Shown in pieces: positions 24,532 through 31,630 of a stretch of DNA of 32,000 nt (position 1 is the first letter of the stretch; each line of letters starts with the position of its first letter). The position numbers and the translations under genes were made by a program. Source of the DNA: Stenotrophomonas phage vB_SmaS_Bhz54; the sequence record OR797041.1. The stretch is one strand, 5' to 3'. Below the pieces are notes generated by a model, which saw nothing but the letters and a program-made list of their open reading frames with translations, was not told the DNA's origin and did not search any database.

Positions 24532-25215
24532 TTACATTGCTCCTAGGATTTTCGTGATCACGTGGTTGAGGTCCGGCGGTTCGATGGCATCCAAGGCGCC
24601 GGAACGATCCTTGGCATCGTACTGCAGGTCGGGCTGGGTCTGGAGGAACCGGTACTGCTCGCCCTGCGGTGTCTTGTTGATCCCCAGCCGGAAGACCTCG
24701 TCAAAGAGGTACGGCAGCTGGGGGCCGAGCTTGGAGCCGGGCATGCTGGCCATGTAGCGCACGATGCCGGTCATCTCGTCCTTGACGGGTTCCATCTTGG
24801 CCGCCATGTAGACGTGCTTGCCCTGCAAGTCACGGAAGGCCTTGATTGTGGTCATCATCTTCTCGATGAGCTCCCCGTAGGCCTGCCGTGGGTCCTTGAC
24901 CTGGCGCTTGGCGTTGGCCAGCACCACCTCACCGATCTCCGAGATGGAGTCGATGCAGACGGTGGCGAACTGCTTGGCCTCGGCCGACTGGCTACACCAG
25001 CGGTGGGCCTCGGTCAGGTCCTCCACCGTTTTGATCTCGATGACCGGGATCTGGAACTTGCGGAGGGACAGGAGGCCCGCCTCGGCTGAGATAATGATGG
25101 GGGCCGGGGCGGTCGCGCAGAGGGTGGTCTTGCCGGCGCCGGATGGGCCATACACCAGCGCCTTGACCCCGTGGAGCTGGGCGGCTTGGTTGGTCGTGGT
25201 GAATTTGAGAGCCAT
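24532..25215 (-). CDS. RecA-like AAA ATPase, Sak4-like recombination protein
   Basis: 227 aa; VKALVYGPSGAGKTTLCATAPAPIIISAEAG, VCIDSISEI, PYLFDEVFRLG. Confidence 0.8.
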   Translation of the reverse strand: MALKFTTTNQAAQLHGVKALVYGPSGAGKTTLCATAPAPIIISAEAGLLSLRKFQIPVIEIKTVEDLTEAHRWCSQSAEAKQFATVCIDSISEIGEVVLANAKRQVKDPRQAYGELIEKMMTTIKAFRDLQGKHVYMAAKMEPVKDEMTGIVRYMASMPGSKLGPQLPYLFDEVFRLGINKTPQGEQYRFLQTQPDLQYDAKDRSGALDAIEPPDLNHVITKILGAM

Positions 25216-25470
25216 TCAGTGTTTCTCCTGGAACGCGGACTCGGCCATGGCCTGTTCTTTGGCCATCTCCTCCTCCGACAGAACCCGTAGTATAACCACT
25301 TTCTTGTCCCCATCCACCTCGAGGGCGAGGCCACCGGTGACGGCGTCCATGTCCCCGAACGGGACCTCGATACGGCCGCCCTGCTTGAGCACAGTGGCCC
25401 CGACCGCCCGCATGATGGTCTCCTGCTCGTTCTGCCGCTGCATGGCGGCTTCAAGGATTTCGCGCAGCAT
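25216..25470 (-). CDS. small hypothetical protein
   Basis: 84 aa, tightly packed between the Sak4-like gene and the next ORF. Confidence 0.6.
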   Translation of the reverse strand: MLREILEAAMQRQNEQETIMRAVGATVLKQGGRIEVPFGDMDAVTGGLALEVDGDKKVVILRVLSEEEMAKEQAMAESAFQEKH

Positions 25471-25473
25471 GAT

Positions 25474-25884
25474 TTACTCCTTTGCCTTCGGGGCCACCAG
25501 CTCAACGGTGGGGGAGCCCGGCTTGACGGTGAGGGCCTGGTCGAACACTGCCCGCTGCTCGGCGGTCAGCTCCTTATAGGTGGCGGTCTTGAGATCCGGC
25601 GACCACTTGACGAGGGTGTCGGCGTTGACCCCCATCTCCCGCAGCTGCTCGGTGACCGCCGGCAGGGCCGCTTCGTCGATCTTGCGGTCCAGCTTGTAGA
25701 CGCCCTTCAGCTTCCAGCCCTCGGCCAGGTCCAGAGTGTTGGTCCCTTCTTTGGGGGCCGGGTAGAAGGCGGCGAAGACCTGCTTGCGCAGCTCCTGCTC
25801 CTTGGCGACGATGGGCTTCACGGAATCGGCCTCCGCCTTGGCCAGTCGCCATTCCTCCAGCAATTTCATCTGTTCTTCGGTCAT
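25474..25884 (-). CDS. hypothetical phage early protein
   Basis: 136 aa from MTEEQMKLLEEW; RBS AAGGAG before ATG; downstream of a strong leftward promoter. Confidence 0.7.
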   Translation of the reverse strand: MTEEQMKLLEEWRLAKAEADSVKPIVAKEQELRKQVFAAFYPAPKEGTNTLDLAEGWKLKGVYKLDRKIDEAALPAVTEQLREMGVNADTLVKWSPDLKTATYKELTAEQRAVFDQALTVKPGSPTVELVAPKAKE

Positions 25885-25917
25885 GCCCGTACTCCTTTCT
25901 GTGGTGGGTGTACGCCC

Positions 25918-25945
25918 ATTATAAAGCGGTGGTCCTGCCAAGCAA
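25918..25945 (-). promoter_or_regulatory. leftward promoter of the early/replication block
   Basis: Reverse strand TTGCTT (25940-25945), 16-nt spacer, TATAAT (25918-25923). Confidence 0.7.
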
Positions 25946-25976
25946 CCCCGTATTTTGAACCTACAATACGGGGTTG
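25943..25976. promoter_or_regulatory. 12-bp-arm perfect inverted repeat, candidate operator
   Basis: CAACCCCGTATT-TTGAACCTAC-AATACGGGGTTG (25943-25954 / 25965-25976), between the divergent gene blocks. Confidence 0.7.
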
Positions 25977-26003
25977 AAAATCCTATCCCCTATCCCCCAT
26001 AAT
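25974..26003 (+). promoter_or_regulatory. rightward promoter candidate
   Basis: TTGAAA (25974-25979), 18-nt spacer, CATAAT (25998-26003), upstream of the HTH gene. Confidence 0.4.
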
Positions 26004-26036
26004 GGCAGGGTCGTATAAACCACCCATGGAGCATCA

Positions 26037-26252
26037 TTGAAAATGGCAGCTACTCCTGTTAAGGGGTCTCTGCACAGCAGGACCTTGGACCTGTTGAAGC
26101 AGAGCGGGATACCCCTACCCGAGATATATAAGGAGACCCATCTCCCCTACTACTGGCTGAAGAAGTTCAGCAGTGGTGAGATCCGTGACCCCTCCGTCAA
26201 CCGCGTGCAGCGCCTGTACGAGTTCCTGGCCGACCGAAAGCTGGAGGTCTGA
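26037..26252 (+). CDS. small helix-turn-helix (Cro/repressor-like) regulator
   Basis: 71 aa; LHSRTLDLLKQSGIPLPEIYKETHLPYYWLKKFSSGEIRDPSVNRVQRLYEFLA resembles a lambda-repressor-type HTH. TTG start at 26037 or ATG at 26043. Confidence 0.7.
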   Translation: MKMAATPVKGSLHSRTLDLLKQSGIPLPEIYKETHLPYYWLKKFSSGEIRDPSVNRVQRLYEFLADRKLEV

Positions 26253-26254
26253 GG

Positions 26255-28477
26255 ATGCGGAACAACATTCCAATGGAGCTGCGGGCTCTTCCGCAGTGGG
26301 TTTGCGCTGGACCGGACAAGGTGCCCTTGAGCCCGCGGACTGGCCAACCGGCGTCGGTCACCGACCCGAATACGTGGGCCACCTTCGAAGAGGCGGTCCG
26401 GACAGGGATGAAGCACGTCGGCTTCGTGCTGGCGGAGTGGGACCCCTACACCATCATCGATCTGGACAACAAGCCCTCCAAGCCCTGCACCCCGGAGCAG
26501 TGGGCCAGGCACCAGAAAATCCTCGAGGCCTTCGACAGCTACACCGAACGCTCGACGTCTGGCAACGGTTATCACATCATCGTCAAGGGGCGCATCCCGG
26601 CTGGGGTCCACCGCGACAATGTGGAGGTCTACTCCAGCGCCCGCTATATGATCTGCACCGGCGACGTGGTCCGCAATACCCCGATCGCAGACTATCAAGA
26701 GCTGTTGGACGTGCTCTACGGCGAGATGAAGCCCGCCGACGTGGTGGAGCTGGACGACGTGGAAGGCATCATGTCGGACGAGGAGGTGGTGGAGATGGCC
26801 ATGCGGGCCGCCAACGCCGACAAGTTCAACGAGCTGTGCCGAGGCGATTGGCAAGCGATGGGCTACGAGAGCCAGAGCGAGGCCGACTTCGCCCTGATGT
26901 CGATCTTCGCCTACTACACCCGCGACAACGAGCAGGTGCGCCGGCTGTTCCGGATGTCCCCGCTGGGCCAACGCGAGAAGGCCCAGAAGAACGACAAGTA
27001 CCTGAACTTCGCCCTCGGCAAGATTCGCGCCCAGCAGCCGCCCCTTGTGGACTTCGAGGAGCTCACGGCCAACCTGGCCCCTGCCACTTCCATCCCGGAG
27101 GCCCCTACCCCCGCCCCGGCCCCCTATATAAAGGACACCGCGCCGGTTGTCCCCGGTGTCAGCTTGCCGCCCGGGCTAGTAGGGGAGGTGGCCCAGTACA
27201 TCTACCAGACCGCCATCCGACCGGTACCGGAGATCGCCCTCGGCGCCGCCATCGCCATCACGGCCGGGGTGTGTGCCCGCAGCTACAACATCTCGGGCTC
27301 GGGACTCAACCAGTATCTGATCCTGCTGGCCAAGACGGGTGCGGGCAAGGAAGGCGCGGTCACCGGTATCGATAATCTGATCGCGGCTATCCGCCCGCAG
27401 GTGCCCATGGTGGACCAATTCATTGGCCCGAGCGCCTTCGCGTCCGGTCAGGCCTTGATCAAGGTCCTGGACGACCGGCCCTGCTTTGTCAGCGTCCTCG
27501 GGGAGTTCGGTCTCACCCTGCAGCAGCTGTGCGACCCGCGTGCCAGCAGCCCGCAGATCATGTTGAAGAAGGTGCTCCTCGACCTCTACAGCAAGAGCGG
27601 TTGGAACAAGGTGCTGCGGTCCAGCGTCTACAGCGACACGGACAAGAACACCAAGATCGTGCAGGCCCCGAACGTGACCATCCTCGGCGAATCCACCCCG
27701 GAGAGCTTCTTCGAAGGGCTGGACAGCATCCACATCGCTGAAGGCCTCATCCCGCGCTTCTCCGTCATCGAATACACTGGCCCTCGGCCCCCGCGGAACC
27801 GGAACGCCAACCAGCCCCCGAGCCAGCAACTGGTGGCCAGGTTCTCAGAACTGGTCGCGGTGAGCCTGACAACGGCGAACAATGGCACCTGCGCCAACGT
27901 GCAGATGGAGAGCCCAGCCATCCAGCTCCTGGACGAGTTCGACGCCAAGGCCGACGGGATGATCAACGCCGCGGGCTCAGACGTGGACATGCAGTTGTGG
28001 AACCGCGCCCACCTCAAAGCCCTCAAGCTGGCGGCGGTCATTGCGGTGGGGCGCAACCCTCACGCCCCGGTGGTGACCCCTGACATCGCTCGCTGGGCCA
28101 TCGACTTCGTGGAGCGGGACGTGGCCGTAATGACCACAAGGTTCCAGCGTGGGGAGGTCGGGGTCGGCGACCATCGGCACGAGGTGCACATCCGCAAGGC
28201 CGTGGAGAACTACCTGGCCATGTCCGAGTCCCAGCGCCTGCAATACAAGACGCCGAAGTCCCTGCTCAACCAACCGGTGGTGCCGTTCCACTATCTGCGT
28301 CGCAAGCTCCGTCTCCTGTCCGCCTTCAAGAACGATCGCCGAGGCGTGGCCCGGGCTTTGGAGGAATCCCTCAAGGATATGGTCAAGGCAGAGATACTCC
28401 GGCAGGTGCCCCCACAACAAGCCATGGAGAAGTTCGGAGTTACGACCGAACTCTATGTCAAGGGGCCGACGTGGTGA
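26255..28477 (+). CDS. primase/helicase-like replication protein (N-terminal prim-pol-like, C-terminal DUF3987-like ATPase)
   Basis: 740 aa; N-terminus PQWVCAGPDKVPLSPRTG...GFVLAEWDPYTIIDLDN...ERSTSGNGYHIIVKG; C-terminus ALGAAIAITAGVCARSYNISGSGLNQYLILLAKTGAGKEGAV. Confidence 0.85.
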   Translation: MRNNIPMELRALPQWVCAGPDKVPLSPRTGQPASVTDPNTWATFEEAVRTGMKHVGFVLAEWDPYTIIDLDNKPSKPCTPEQWARHQKILEAFDSYTERSTSGNGYHIIVKGRIPAGVHRDNVEVYSSARYMICTGDVVRNTPIADYQELLDVLYGEMKPADVVELDDVEGIMSDEEVVEMAMRAANADKFNELCRGDWQAMGYESQSEADFALMSIFAYYTRDNEQVRRLFRMSPLGQREKAQKNDKYLNFALGKIRAQQPPLVDFEELTANLAPATSIPEAPTPAPAPYIKDTAPVVPGVSLPPGLVGEVAQYIYQTAIRPVPEIALGAAIAITAGVCARSYNISGSGLNQYLILLAKTGAGKEGAVTGIDNLIAAIRPQVPMVDQFIGPSAFASGQALIKVLDDRPCFVSVLGEFGLTLQQLCDPRASSPQIMLKKVLLDLYSKSGWNKVLRSSVYSDTDKNTKIVQAPNVTILGESTPESFFEGLDSIHIAEGLIPRFSVIEYTGPRPPRNRNANQPPSQQLVARFSELVAVSLTTANNGTCANVQMESPAIQLLDEFDAKADGMINAAGSDVDMQLWNRAHLKALKLAAVIAVGRNPHAPVVTPDIARWAIDFVERDVAVMTTRFQRGEVGVGDHRHEVHIRKAVENYLAMSESQRLQYKTPKSLLNQPVVPFHYLRRKLRLLSAFKNDRRGVARALEESLKDMVKAEILRQVPPQQAMEKFGVTTELYVKGPTW

Positions 28478-28557
28478 CAGGGGATAGGGAGAGTACCCCC
28501 GGGAAAGGGGGGCCATCCCCTCCTTAACCTATTGATTCTAAAGGAAAATCTAGCGCT

Positions 28558-28584
28558 GGGGGGATGGGGGATAGGGGGATAGGG
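28558..28584 (+). promoter_or_regulatory. G-quadruplex-compatible G-tract array
   Basis: GGGGGG-AT-GGGGG-ATA-GGGGG-ATA-GGG: four G-runs of 3 or more with 2-3 nt loops. Confidence 0.7.
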
Positions 28585-28723
28585 ACAAAAAGGTAAACAA
28601 ATAGATTTGTATATACGCGAACTCCTTTAATAATGAAGGCCTAAGGGTATATATCCCCCCTATCCCCTATCCCCCATATATTATAACTTATTGGTTTTAT
28701 TAAGGAATTTTTTTAGTTTGGGG

Positions 28724-28877
28724 GATAGGATTGGGGGACACGTTCTGGAGTTAGGGGATAAACTACCCGAAACCAGGTTGATATCATTGTTTTTTTTTTT
28801 GATAGGATTGGGGGACACGTTCTGGAGTTAGGGGATAAACTACCCGAAACCAGGTTGATATCATTGTTTTTTTTTTT
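28724..28877 (+). repeat. perfect 77-bp tandem duplication (28724-28800, 28801-28877)
   Basis: GATAGGATTGGGGGACACGTTCTGGAGTTAGGGGATAAACTACCCGAAACCAGGTTGATATCATTGT11 occurs twice back-to-back and identical, including the T11 run. Confidence 0.95.
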
Positions 28878-28892
28878 AGAAGGAGAATGCAA

Positions 28893-29321
28893 ATGGCAGG
28901 CTTGATGAGTCGAAATAAAGGCAAGCGCGGGGAACGAGAAGTCGTGAAGTTGTTGCAGCCCGTGGTCAACGAGGTCTACCAGTCGCTGGGGCTGGAACCG
29001 CCCGCCCTCGAGCGCAACCTCATGCAGTCCCATAAGGGCGGCTGCGACCTGGCCGGTCTAGACTGGTTGGCCCTCGAGGTCAAGTATCAGGAGCAGCAGC
29101 AGATGACTAGCTGGTGGGACCAGTGCAAGCGACAGGCCAAGCCCGATCGCGAGCCGGTCCTGTTCTACCGGAAGAACAACGCGAAGTGGAAGGTCCGCAT
29201 GTTCGGGTGCTTGGTTGCCGGGGGCCAGCGTGTCCGCTGCCCTGTGGACATCACCCCCGAGGCGTTCCTGGCCTACCTGCGCATTCGCCTCATGAAGGAG
29301 TTGTCCCCTCTCAACGCCTAG
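28893..29321 (+). CDS. PD-(D/E)XK nuclease, Holliday junction resolvase-like
   Basis: NKGKRGEREVVKLLQ...GGCDLAGLDWLALEVKYQEQQ (E...D...ExK). GGAG 7 nt before ATG 28893, so the track start 28887 is less likely. Confidence 0.7.
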   Translation: MAGLMSRNKGKRGEREVVKLLQPVVNEVYQSLGLEPPALERNLMQSHKGGCDLAGLDWLALEVKYQEQQQMTSWWDQCKRQAKPDREPVLFYRKNNAKWKVRMFGCLVAGGQRVRCPVDITPEAFLAYLRIRLMKELSPLNA

Positions 29322-29329
29322 GCTATAAT
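29301..29329 (+). promoter_or_regulatory. rightward sigma70-like promoter candidate
   Basis: TTGTCC (29301-29306), 17-nt spacer, TATAAT (29324-29329), 25 nt before the next start codon. Confidence 0.5.
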
Positions 29330-29353
29330 CTAGTCATGGTACAGGAGATCGCG

Positions 29354-29602
29354 ATGAGCATAGCAGAAGACATCAAGTTCGCCGAACAAGACCTCGGGGT
29401 CGAGTTCAAGGGCGTAGCCCCGATGCTTCGCTATGTCGCCTCAATCAACCCACAAGCGACCCGTCAGGAGTTTATCCAGGCCTGCGTGGAAGCCGGCTAT
29501 AAGGTGAACACCGCCGCTAACCGCTTCCACGAGAGCCGGAGCTTCGATCGGGACAACTATGACATGATCTGGGATAAGGAAGGGCGCCTCCATGAAGCGT
29601 GA
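29354..29602 (+). CDS. small hypothetical protein
   Basis: 82 aa MSIAEDIKFAEQDLGVEFKGVAPMLRYVASINPQATRQEFIQACVEAGYKVNTAANRFHESRSFDRD; AGGAG 6 nt before ATG. Confidence 0.65.
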   Translation: MSIAEDIKFAEQDLGVEFKGVAPMLRYVASINPQATRQEFIQACVEAGYKVNTAANRFHESRSFDRDNYDMIWDKEGRLHEA

Positions 29603-29915
29603 GCAATTCGAAGAGATCCTGAAGGCAGACGGCTGGGAGCTGGACCGCTTCGGTCACTACCAGAAGACCGTGCGCAAGACCATCCCGCACGTCGACCACC
29701 CCGAGGGGATCATCCGCGAGCGCAAGTACCGGGTCAAGATGCAAGACCTGAGCTGCCGCATCGAGGTCCAGGTCCGATACGAGGCCACCGAGTACAGCCC
29801 CGCTAAGAATGAGTGGGTGCGCTGGGGTGGCGACTACTACAGCAAGATTGTCCAGCTGGATGATGGCCGCATCCGCGTTGGCACACACTTCTTCGGCCGG
29901 AGGAAACAAGCATGA
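29592..29915 (+). CDS. hypothetical protein
   Basis: 107 aa, overlaps the upstream gene end; MKREQFEEILKADGWELDRFGHYQKTV. Confidence 0.7.
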   Translation: MKREQFEEILKADGWELDRFGHYQKTVRKTIPHVDHPEGIIRERKYRVKMQDLSCRIEVQVRYEATEYSPAKNEWVRWGGDYYSKIVQLDDGRIRVGTHFFGRRKQA

Positions 29916-30082
29916 GCGACGACATCTACCAGGCGAACGGGTATGACGACCGCGAGGACTACCTCGCCTGCCTCGCCGAGGACTATGGGGTAGACCTGGA
30001 CACCGTGAAGGCTCTGGCCGACCTGCTCGGACCGAATGAGGACTTCGACGGCCTCGTGTCCCAGCTGGAGGACATGGGCTGA
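29912..30082 (+). CDS. small hypothetical protein (56 aa, absent from ORF track)
   Basis: AGGAAACAAGC before ATG 29912; MSDDIYQANGYDDREDYLACLAEDYGVDLDTVKALADLLGPNEDFDGLVSQLEDMG; ATGA overlap with the upstream gene. Confidence 0.75.
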   Translation: MSDDIYQANGYDDREDYLACLAEDYGVDLDTVKALADLLGPNEDFDGLVSQLEDMG

Positions 30083-30261
30083 TGGCTCGGAAGCGTAAAC
30101 CCCGCGTCAGCGTTCGCAAGCGCCCCTACAAGCTGGAGGGTGGCCCGATGCATGGGCACACCCTCTGGCTGACTAGCGGCGGGACCCTGACGTTCACCCT
30201 GCACGGCCAGACCGGCCGCTACGACACCGAAGGGAGATGGCAACCATGCTCGACTTCATGA
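30082..30261 (+). CDS. small basic hypothetical protein (59 aa, absent from ORF track)
   Basis: TGATG overlap with the upstream gene; MARKRKPRVSVRKRPYKLEGGPMHGHTLWLTSGGTLTFTLHGQTGRYDTEGRWQPCSTS. Confidence 0.65.
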   Translation: MARKRKPRVSVRKRPYKLEGGPMHGHTLWLTSGGTLTFTLHGQTGRYDTEGRWQPCSTS

Positions 30262-30788
30262 TCATCGGGCTGCCCCGGTCTGGGACCACGTGGGCAGCGA
30301 ACTTCTTCTGCACCGAGCGGACCCTGTGCTTCCATGATCCGCTCTACACCACCCACTACCAGGACTGGGATGCCGAGCTCCCGAAGCGGGCTCAGGAGGG
30401 GGCCGAGGTGGGGGTCTCCTGCACCGGCATCTGGCGTTGGCCTGACTGGGTCAATGAGCACCCAGCCCGCAAGGTCATCCTCCACCGGGACCTCGGCCAG
30501 ATCGCGGACTCCATGCGCGAGATCGGGCTACCCGAGATGGACCTGGACGCTGCCGAGAAGCAGCTGTCCTCCATCGTCGGGATGCATGTGCCGCACAGCG
30601 ACCTGTTCGACGAGGCGAAGGCGTGGGACATCTGGTGGTACCTGACTAAGGACGCCGGGCACCTCCCGACCGCGCGGCACCGCCTGCTTGTGGACATCGA
30701 GATGCAACCGAAGTTCAGCGGCCTGTCGGTCGGCCCCGAGGTGACGCGGCGCCTGCAGGAGGAGATCCAGCGCGCGGCCGGATGGTAA
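30246..30788 (+). CDS. sulfotransferase-like P-loop protein
   Basis: MLDFMIIGLPRSGTTWAANFF matches the PAPS-binding 5'-PSB-type loop; later KVILHRDLGQIADSM resembles the 3'-phosphate-binding region. AGGGAG 9 nt before ATG 30246. Confidence 0.65.
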   Translation: MLDFMIIGLPRSGTTWAANFFCTERTLCFHDPLYTTHYQDWDAELPKRAQEGAEVGVSCTGIWRWPDWVNEHPARKVILHRDLGQIADSMREIGLPEMDLDAAEKQLSSIVGMHVPHSDLFDEAKAWDIWWYLTKDAGHLPTARHRLLVDIEMQPKFSGLSVGPEVTRRLQEEIQRAAGW

Positions 30789-30859
30789 AAGCCGACCCTA
30801 GCCAGGCGCAAATTGCACCCCTATAATGGCTCCCATTGGACTGTTATGGGGGTGCCACG

Positions 30860-31264
30860 ATGCCTGTGTTTTCGAAGAAGTCGCGCGAGCGTCTGGAGAC
30901 CTGTGACCCCCGCCTTGTCCGGGTGATGGAGCTGGCCATCCAGCGCATCGACTTCTCCGTGCGCGAGGGCCATCGTAGCAAGGCCGCTCAGGATGCCGCG
31001 GTCCGGGATGGCTTCAGCAAGACCCCGTGGCCCAAGAGCAAGCACAACCGCTACCCCTCCCACGCGGTTGACATCTACCCCCACCCCTTCAAGAACGAAT
31101 ACTGGAAGCAGCCACAGGTCTGGGCTGACCAGGCCAAGGTCGTGATGGACTGTGCCGCCGAGCTGGGCATCCGGCTCCGCTGGGGCGGCGATTGGAACCA
31201 AAACGGGGAGTGGCGCGACGAGCGTTTCTTTGACGGTCCGCATTTTGAGCTGCTGGGGGACTAG
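30860..31264 (+). CDS. endolysin, M15-family (VanY/L-Ala-D-Glu peptidase-like)
   Basis: 134 aa; FSVREGHRSKAAQDAAVRDGFSKTPWPKSKHNRYPSHAVDIYP...RWGGDWN...DGPHFEL zinc-peptidase motifs. Confidence 0.87.
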   Translation: MPVFSKKSRERLETCDPRLVRVMELAIQRIDFSVREGHRSKAAQDAAVRDGFSKTPWPKSKHNRYPSHAVDIYPHPFKNEYWKQPQVWADQAKVVMDCAAELGIRLRWGGDWNQNGEWRDERFFDGPHFELLGD

Positions 31265-31267
31265 GGG

Positions 31268-31630
31268 ATGTGGGAGACGAACGAGGGCCAGAAGACGATT
31301 GCTTTCGTCCTGCTGGCCGCGCTGGCTGGACTACTGGGGCATCTTATGCGAGTCGTCGAACGTGGTGGTAAGGTCAAGTGGCTGGTCGCCGGATTGGAGG
31401 CCTGCGCCTCCGGCTTTGTCGGCTACCTGGCGATCCTGATGTGCAAGGCGATGGGCCTGTCCTACGAATGGACCGGCGTCGTAGTCGGCCTCCTCGGCTG
31501 GCTGGGGGCCGCGGCCAGCGTCAAGATCATCGAGAAGGTGGTCCGCCGCCGTCTGGGCATCGCCGACGAGAACCCCTTCCAACCGGAGTACAAGGGCGAT
31601 GACCGTCGCGACCCTCCTCAGCAAGGTTGA
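31268..31630 (+). CDS. holin-like membrane protein
   Basis: 120 aa with hydrophobic segments (IAFVLLAALAGLLGHL, FVGYLAILMCKAMG, WTGVVVGLLGWLGAAASVKII), directly after the endolysin. Confidence 0.75.
   Translation: MWETNEGQKTIAFVLLAALAGLLGHLMRVVERGGKVKWLVAGLEACASGFVGYLAILMCKAMGLSYEWTGVVVGLLGWLGAAASVKIIEKVVRRRLGIADENPFQPEYKGDDRRDPPQQG

Noticed and set aside
26173-27375. 400-aa ORF overlapping the primase/helicase gene in another frame
   Set aside because: Arg/Pro/Gly-rich translation typical of an out-of-frame read of GC-rich coding DNA; the 740-aa frame has clear domain motifs.
28790-28877. T11 runs as intrinsic terminators
   Set aside because: No convincing GC-rich stem immediately before either T run (only a tiny AACC-A-GGTT element), so a terminator call is not supported.
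30822-30827. TATAAT before the endolysin gene as a promoter
   Set aside because: Exact -10 match, but no acceptable -35 at 16-18 nt upstream (TAGCCA-like), so only suggestive.
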